Shown: positions 58,071 to 64,000 of the stretch, in pieces
Layout of the letters: the number at the start of each line of letters is the position of its first letter
Numbering within the stretch: position 1 is the stretch's first letter
Assembly (NCBI GenBank): GCA_030679145.1
Contig: JAUXTU010000057.1
Location: 1,220 to 65,219, forward strand
Direction: 5' to 3'
Length of the DNA stretch: 64,000 bases
Source of the DNA: Bacteroidota bacterium
GTDB taxonomy: Bacteria; Bacteroidota; Ignavibacteria; UBA10030; UBA8401
Translations under genes and position numbers: made by a program
Notes under the pieces: model-generated
Told to the model about the DNA's origin: nothing
The model's database searches: none
The model's input: only the letters and a program-made list of their open reading frames with translations

Positions 58071-58972
58071 AGATAACCGTCATTGGACATTTTTGCGTCG
58101 ATCTGTTTCATCGATTGGATGGAACAGAGGAGAAAAAACTTGGCGGAATTTTCCATTCCGTTGCCGCGCTGGCAAATGTTGCTGCAGACCGTGATACGAT
58201 ATTTCCGGTATTCGGTGTTGGTGAGACAGAATTCAACGAGGTGAAAAGTGCGCTTGCTCAATATAAGAATATTGACGACAGCGGAATCTTTCAGTTTGTC
58301 GGTGAATCAAATTGCGTTCATTATTTTGACGACAATCCAAACGAGTGTTCGACGAATATTGCAAAACCAATTCCCTTCTTCCACATAAAAAAATATTTGA
58401 ATGTGGACGGCGTATACGTCAATATGATTTCCGGCAAAGATATTACCGTGGATACGATGGATGAGATCCGTTTGGAAGTTCGCGGAAAGAAATGTCCGAT
58501 CCATCTCGACATGCATTGTTTGACACTAAGAATGAATGATGATGGTACTCGTGTCCGTAATCCGATGGCAGATTGGCGGCGATGGTGCTTTATGACCGAC
58601 AGTGTTCAGATGAATGATGAAGAGGCTGTCGGAATTTCTGTAGAGCATTTTAACGACGAACTGCTCGCCAAGCAAATGATTCCGCTGATGGTGAAAGCAT
58701 TCATTATTACGCGGGGGGCAAACGGGGCTACATTATATCAAGAAGAGCATAAACAATTGTTGGAAACAGAGATCGCCAGCGAAGCAAATCCGAACCCCGT
58801 TTCAACGATCGGTTCCGGAGATATTTTTGGAGTTTCATTTCTCTATTCATACTTGAAAAAGAAAAATTATTTTGATGCGGTGACGTTTGCTGAAAAGAGT
58901 TCGGCGCACAGCACAAAGTTTACGTTGGATGAAAAACATGCACAGTTGAAAGCGATGAGAGAACTGCTATGA
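58067..58972 (+). CDS. PfkB family carbohydrate kinase
   Basis: [25 protein letters not shown]. Confidence 0.8.
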   Translation: MKITVIGHFCVDLFHRLDGTEEKKLGGIFHSVAALANVAADRDTIFPVFGVGETEFNEVKSALAQYKNIDDSGIFQFVGESNCVHYFDDNPNECSTNIAKPIPFFHIKKYLNVDGVYVNMISGKDITVDTMDEIRLEVRGKKCPIHLDMHCLTLRMNDDGTRVRNPMADWRRWCFMTDSVQMNDEEAVGISVEHFNDELLAKQMIPLMVKAFIITRGANGATLYQEEHKQLLETEIASEANPNPVSTIGSGDIFGVSFLYSYLKKKNYFDAVTFAEKSSAHSTKFTLDEKHAQLKAMRELL

Positions 58973-59880
58973 AGCGAGTGTTGGTGTGCGGAAGCAATGG
59001 ACTGCTTGGGCAGCGATTGGCTTTCGTCTTGGATGGTGAACCAGAATATGAAGTACTACACACGTCACATCAGCGTTCGTTTGTGAGCGAACAGAGTTTA
59101 TTCGATTACACCCAGCTTGATATTTCAAATCGCAGTGATGTAAAAAGTTTGATCTTAAGCTATCGTCCCGATGTTGTTCTTAATGCGGCGGCGATGACGA
59201 ATGTAGATCATTGCGAACGTGAGCGGGAATTGGCGTGGAAGGTGAATGTAACAGGTGTTGAACATCTTGTGGAAGTGTGCAGAAGGATCAATGCAAAACT
59301 GATTCATGTCTCAACTGATTATGTGTTTGACGGAAAGTATGGAAATTATACAGAAGAAGATCGGGCAAATCCAGTCAACTATTACGGGAAAACAAAACTT
59401 GCGGGAGAGAACGTTATCGTTTCCAGCGGAATTGAATATGCAATTCTTCGGACGATCCTTGTCTATGGCCTTGGCGTGAACGTGAAGAACAATTTTGCAT
59501 TGTGGGTTATCAATAATTTGAATGACGGGAAACAAATCCGTTGCGTTGAGGATCAGACAAGTAATCCGACACATGTGCACGATCTTGCAATGGCAATGAA
59601 GAGTGTGATGGAACGAGATCTTAGCGGTTTGTTCCATATCTCCGGACCCGAAACGATCAGCCGATATGATTTTGCAATGAAGGCCGCAGAAATTTTCGGA
59701 TATGACAAATCCTTGATTATACGAATTAAGACTTCCGACCTTGAACCGAGAGCAATTCGTCCAATGAATACGTCATTTCTAATTGATAAAGCGAAAAAAC
59801 AACTTCACTATAATCCAATGAACATAACACAGGGTCTGATGATGATGCAGCAAGATCTAACAGGGATCCATTTGAATTAA
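58969..59880 (+). CDS. rfbD: dTDP-4-dehydrorhamnose reductase-like SDR
   Basis: GSNGLLG, NAAAMTNVD.CE, HVSTDYVFDG, YYGKTK, DQ..NPT. Confidence 0.85.
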   Translation: MKRVLVCGSNGLLGQRLAFVLDGEPEYEVLHTSHQRSFVSEQSLFDYTQLDISNRSDVKSLILSYRPDVVLNAAAMTNVDHCERERELAWKVNVTGVEHLVEVCRRINAKLIHVSTDYVFDGKYGNYTEEDRANPVNYYGKTKLAGENVIVSSGIEYAILRTILVYGLGVNVKNNFALWVINNLNDGKQIRCVEDQTSNPTHVHDLAMAMKSVMERDLSGLFHISGPETISRYDFAMKAAEIFGYDKSLIIRIKTSDLEPRAIRPMNTSFLIDKAKKQLHYNPMNITQGLMMMQQDLTGIHLN

Positions 59881-59881
59881 T

Positions 59882-60682
59882 ATGAAAAAAATTCTCTTCT
59901 TTCCATTTATGCTTACGTTAGCGTTATACTTTGCATCATGCTCATCTTCTGAAAAAACGACCAGTCTTGCTGATTCATTAAAGGCGACATCAAATAAAAT
60001 TTCCAGTAAATTCAAAATGCTTTCTGTTAACGCTCTTCACGGCTTGAAAGAGAAGAACGATGTAAAACAATTTGCTGATTGGATAAAATCTACCGGTGCG
60101 GAAGTTGTTGCAGTGCAACAGATTGAGCGTCCAACCGATTCAAAACCGGGATTTGATGCATACGGTGAATTGTTGAAACGATTGGATATGCGCGGAACAT
60201 TTTCCAAGGCGCGATATTTTCAGGGTTGGGATTCCGGCAATGCATTGTTTTGTATGTATCCACTCTTGCAATCCGATGCGTTTATGCTTCCCACAGGGAA
60301 AGGAAAGGTGCGTCGTGCAATGTCGTTTGCGGTATTTGAGATGGGATTAAGTTCATTGGCATTTGGATCAGCAGATCTTGATGATGAAGAACTTTCTGAG
60401 CGGACAAAACAGGTGTTTGAGATATTATCGATCCAAAAATCAATGAAAGAAGCTCCGATGATCATCGGTGGAAATTTTGGTGAGCCGTCAAAAGGAAAAG
60501 CTGCGACGAAAATGACGGAGAGTTTTTCCTGCGCGAATAGTATCAATGAACAAACGGAGGGATTAGATCAACATATTTATCTCCCTTCAAATGGAAAAAT
60601 GAAAGTGATTTCTGTTGAAAAAAAACAATTCAAGGTTTTTAACACAACCGGAATTCTTGCTACTGTAGAAGTGACACAATAA
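59882..60682 (+). CDS. Endonuclease/exonuclease/phosphatase-fold lipoprotein, apparently catalytically degenerate
   Basis: Lipobox FASC; EEP scaffold (SVN, VVAVQQI, GNALFC.YP, IGGNFG). Confidence 0.65.
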   Translation: MKKILFFPFMLTLALYFASCSSSEKTTSLADSLKATSNKISSKFKMLSVNALHGLKEKNDVKQFADWIKSTGAEVVAVQQIERPTDSKPGFDAYGELLKRLDMRGTFSKARYFQGWDSGNALFCMYPLLQSDAFMLPTGKGKVRRAMSFAVFEMGLSSLAFGSADLDDEELSERTKQVFEILSIQKSMKEAPMIIGGNFGEPSKGKAATKMTESFSCANSINEQTEGLDQHIYLPSNGKMKVISVEKKQFKVFNTTGILATVEVTQ

Positions 60683-60697
60683 GAAAAAAGGAATCGT

Positions 60698-61963
60698 ATG
60701 TTAGATATAAAAGTTATTCGGGAGCAGACTGAACTTGTTAAGAACGGCATTAAAGCAAAGAATGCCGACGATAATATCGATGCAATTCTTGCTCTGGACA
60801 ACCAGCGCCGAACATTGATCGGTGAAGGAGAAACGTTGAAAGCGAAACGGAATGAAGTTTCCGCCAAAGTCGGACAGATGAAAAAATCGGGAGAAGATGC
60901 TTCTTCAGTGATCGAAGAAATGAATTCCGTGAAGACACGAATTCAATTGATTGACGAAGGACTCAAAAGTGTCGAGGAGAAGCTTGAAGAACTGCTCCTT
61001 ACCGTTCCGAACATTCCCCATCCTTCAGTTCCCATCGGACGAACACCGGATGACAATCAAACAATTTTTGAATGGGGAGAAAAATCGAAGAATGATTTTG
61101 AATTAAAACCTCATTGGGACATCACGAATAAACTTGGGATCATTGATTTTGACCGTGGCTCAAAGGTTGCCGGTGCTGGATTCCCATTCTATGTTGGGAA
61201 AGCAGCAATACTTCAGCGAGCATTGATCAATTTCTTTTTAGATCAAGCTGGTGAGCATGGATATACGGAACTTCAGGCACCGATCGTTGTCAATAAAGAT
61301 AGTGCGCGCGGGACTGGTCAAATTCCTGACAAAGAAGATATGATGTACGTTGCAACCAAAGATGAGTTGTATATGATTCCGACCGCAGAAGTTCCGGTAA
61401 CAAATTTTCACCGTAAGGAGACGTTCGAAGAAAAAGAACTTCCGATCAAATATGCAGGATACACTCCTTGTTTTCGTCGCGAAGCAGGTTCATATGGAAA
61501 AGATGTTCGAGGATTGAACCGACTTCATCAATTTGACAAGGTTGAATTAGTAAAATTTGTCCATCCCTCAACTTCGTATGATGAATTGGAATCGTTGCGT
61601 GGTGACGCGGAACGATTACTTCAGCTTCTCGGTTTACCATATCGTGTATTATTGATGTGCACAGGCGATATGGGCTTTACACAAACCAAAAAATACGATC
61701 TTGAAGTATGGGCAGCAGGACAGCAGAAATGGCTTGAAGTCTCTTCCTGCAGCAATTTTGAAACGTTTCAGGCACGCAGGATGAACATCAAGTTCAAATC
61801 CCGCGAAACCGGAAAACAAGAGTTTATTCATACGCTCAACGGATCAGGACTAGCGTTGCCAAGAATTGTTGCCGCCATCATAGAGAACAATCAGACTCCT
61901 GAAGGGAAAGTGATCGTACCGAAAGTATTGCAACAATACACAAAATTTTCAGTGATTGAATAA
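60698..61963 (+). CDS. serS: Serine--tRNA ligase
   Basis: MLDIK.IR, IPTAEVP, FRREAGSYG, RLHQF.KVE, EVSSCSN, TLNGSGLA. Confidence 0.97.
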   Translation: MLDIKVIREQTELVKNGIKAKNADDNIDAILALDNQRRTLIGEGETLKAKRNEVSAKVGQMKKSGEDASSVIEEMNSVKTRIQLIDEGLKSVEEKLEELLLTVPNIPHPSVPIGRTPDDNQTIFEWGEKSKNDFELKPHWDITNKLGIIDFDRGSKVAGAGFPFYVGKAAILQRALINFFLDQAGEHGYTELQAPIVVNKDSARGTGQIPDKEDMMYVATKDELYMIPTAEVPVTNFHRKETFEEKELPIKYAGYTPCFRREAGSYGKDVRGLNRLHQFDKVELVKFVHPSTSYDELESLRGDAERLLQLLGLPYRVLLMCTGDMGFTQTKKYDLEVWAAGQQKWLEVSSCSNFETFQARRMNIKFKSRETGKQEFIHTLNGSGLALPRIVAAIIENNQTPEGKVIVPKVLQQYTKFSVIE

Positions 61964-61969
61964 TTATCA

Positions 61970-64000
61970 ATGGTTACAATAAATAATAAAAATATTTTTA
62001 CGCAAAAGCGTAGCCCATTCATCTATTTGATATCATATTTATTACTTTGTATCGGAACGGCAGAATCACAATGGATTCCAACGAATGGACCTTACGGCGG
62101 CTCAGTATATTCATTAGGTGTTGTCGGAACCAATCTTTTTATCGGAACAGATGTTGGTGTTTTTCACTCCTCCGATTTAGGTGTAAAGTGGGTTAATCTT
62201 AAGCCTAAAGCATTTAAAACTGTTACCTCATTTGTAACAAGTGGATCTAATCTACTCGCGGGAACATCTAATGGAATTTTTCTTTCGTCTGATAATGGTA
62301 AAAACTGGGTTGCTATTAATTCTGGTTTAACCGATTTATCAATCCGTCAGTTATCAACAAACGATACGAATATCTTTGCGGTAACTTATAATGGAACAGT
62401 TTTTCACTCATCAGACAACGGAACATCTTGGGTTATAGCAGAGTCATTGAGTTTTGTTCGTTCAATTGCTATAAAGGGTTCAAGCGTCTTTGCTGGCTCT
62501 TTTGGCGGTCTTATCTATCGATCTACAGATAACGGTGAGCATTGGACAAGCACAAATACAGGTAGCATTTTATCTGTTGAGATACACAAATCAAATATTT
62601 TTGCTGGAACAAACGACGGTCATCTTTTCCGTTCTACCGACAATGGAAATAGTTGGAATGATATAAAAACTTTCATTATTGAAGGGATTGAACCAAAAGT
62701 TGAATTCTTATTTTCGACTGATTCGGATTTATTTGCAGAAGTTAGTGGACATATATTCCGATCTAATGATAGCGGGAACAATTGGACTAAAATAGATTCT
62801 GGATTATCAGATTCCCCTTCAGTTTTTACAATTACTAAAATTGGATCAATACTTTTTGCAGGCACTTATGATCGAGGGATTTTTTATTCTTTAAATAATG
62901 GCGATGAGTGGTTGGTAACTAATTTTGGTTCAAAAACATATGATTTTTCTATAGCCGCAACCAGTTCAAATATTCTTGTCTCAACTGTGGGTGGATTTTT
63001 TCAATCAAAAAATAATGGTGGAGATTGGTCGTTTAATAATTTGGGATTGGTTTCTAATTATTCTGATAAAACCAGAATAATTTCTTCTATCGTAATGAAG
63101 GACTCAAATATTTATCTTGGTACTGATGGTGCTGGAATTTATCGATCTACTAATAACGGTAACAGTTGGATGAGTTTTAGTGAAGGTTTACCAAACACTA
63201 TTATTACTGCTCTTATTATTAAAGATTCAATTATTTTTGCAGGCACGTTAGGGGGCGGAATATATAATTCAACTAACAATGGCATAAATTGGGTTTCATC
63301 TAATATAAGTTTATCTGGTAACGTAGTGAATGCATTTACAATAAAAGATTCGATTCTTTTTGCTGGAACAAACGCTGGTGTGTTTCAGTCGATAAACAAT
63401 GGTAAAAATTGGACAGCAATAAATTCTGGCTTAACATTTTCAAATGTTTCTTCACTTGTTACTAATGGAAATGTTGTCATTGCCGGTACCTATTCTGGAA
63501 TTTTTCGTTCTATAAATAATGGTGCAAGTTGGCTTCCCGCTGATTCTGGCCTATCAGGTTTACAACGAGAAATCTATTGTTTAGCGGCTCATGGTTTAAA
63601 TATATTTGCAGGGGCATTTCGAGGAGGTGTCTTTCTTTCTAGGGATAATGGAATAAGTTGGATATCTTTTGGTGATAGTCTTAGTACAGTGTATAAGGTT
63701 AACTCTTTAGCAATTGATGATAAGAACTTATATGCTGCTTTGGATGAGAATTTGGTTTGGAAAAGATCATTATCAGATGTTTTAACTAATATTTCTTCCT
63801 TGGCAGACCATCCGAGAGAATTTACTTTAGTTCAGAATTATCCCAACCCATTTAACTCGAGTACAAAGATAGTTATTACATTACCATCCCAACATTTTGT
63901 TTCATTAAGGGTATACGATATTTTGGGCAGAGAAGTCGCTTTATTAATAAATGATATTCTTAGCAAAGGAAGTCATGAAGTATCGTTTAAAGCTACAAAC
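61970..64000 (+). CDS. Secreted BNR/Asp-box beta-propeller protein with a T9SS type A sorting domain; 3' truncated
   Basis: ATG 61970, signal-like segment, QWIPTNGPYGG, repeated S.DNG..W; in-frame QNYPNPFN at 63833. Absent from the ORF track, consistent with no stop before the window end. I checked the frame at both ends but not at every codon. Confidence 0.82.
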   Translation, partial: MVTINNKNIFTQKRSPFIYLISYLLLCIGTAESQWIPTNGPYGGSVYSLGVVGTNLFIGTDVGVFHSSDLGVKWVNLKPKAFKTVTSFVTSGSNLLAGTSNGIFLSSDNGKNWVAINSGLTDLSIRQLSTNDTNIFAVTYNGTVFHSSDNGTSWVIAESLSFVRSIAIKGSSVFAGSFGGLIYRSTDNGEHWTSTNTGSILSVEIHKSNIFAGTNDGHLFRSTDNGNSWNDIKTFIIEGIEPKVEFLFSTDSDLFAEVSGHIFRSNDSGNNWTKIDSGLSDSPSVFTITKIGSILFAGTYDRGIFYSLNNGDEWLVTNFGSKTYDFSIAATSSNILVSTVGGFFQSKNNGGDWSFNNLGLVSNYSDKTRIISSIVMKDSNIYLGTDGAGIYRSTNNGNSWMSFSEGLPNTIITALIIKDSIIFAGTLGGGIYNSTNNGINWVSSNISLSGNVVNAFTIKDSILFAGTNAGVFQSINNGKNWTAINSGLTFSNVSSLVTNGNVVIAGTYSGIFRSINNGASWLPADSGLSGLQREIYCLAAHGLNIFAGAFRGGVFLSRDNGISWISFGDSLSTVYKVNSLAIDDKNLYAALDENLVWKRSLSDVLTNISSLADHPREFTLVQNYPNPFNSSTKIVITLPSQHFVSLRVYDILGREVALLINDILSKGSHEVSFKATN

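Noticed and set aside
60683-60697. T-box leaders for serS or ileS
   Set aside because: Both genes abut their upstream neighbours, leaving no room for a leader

Overview
Contiguous, AT-rich, mostly housekeeping chromosome segment, probably from an Ignavibacteria-like FCB-group bacterium. This is an inference from a T9SS C-terminal sorting domain, strong Shine-Dalgarno sites and the yggS-divIVA-PNP-ileS-dksA-lspA-rluD order. In order: end of an M28 peptidase; a MarR-led quinone/aromatic detox operon; a GT39-like glycosyltransferase; a PAS kinase/sigma54 activator pair; pckG; TonB; a CoA-transferase and USP; the ileS cluster; mreBC, purHN, ldcA; nuoA-F; nrdJ; a ~5.6 kb accessory island; an acyl-ACP desaturase; a pilus-ATPase signalling region; a WYL regulator with putative targets; hisBHAFI; serS; and a truncated T9SS beta-propeller protein that the ORF track missed. 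Two regions stand out. (1) 46.0-50.9 kb is a tandemly duplicated module of CheY-like receiver, double-zinc-ribbon protein and PilB/GspE ATPase. Both zinc-ribbon proteins end in a FliM-N/CheZ-C-like peptide, and a pilin-like protein with 34 Pro-X-X repeats lies upstream. (2) 36.8-42.4 kb holds DUF2188, an orphan Cas2/VapD-like gene, a long rod-shaped candidate ncRNA with terminator, and a type III-like restriction-modification set whose nuclease is a separate gene. No rRNA, tRNA, CRISPR array, integrase or transposase was seen. All calls come from reading motifs by eye; no database search was run.
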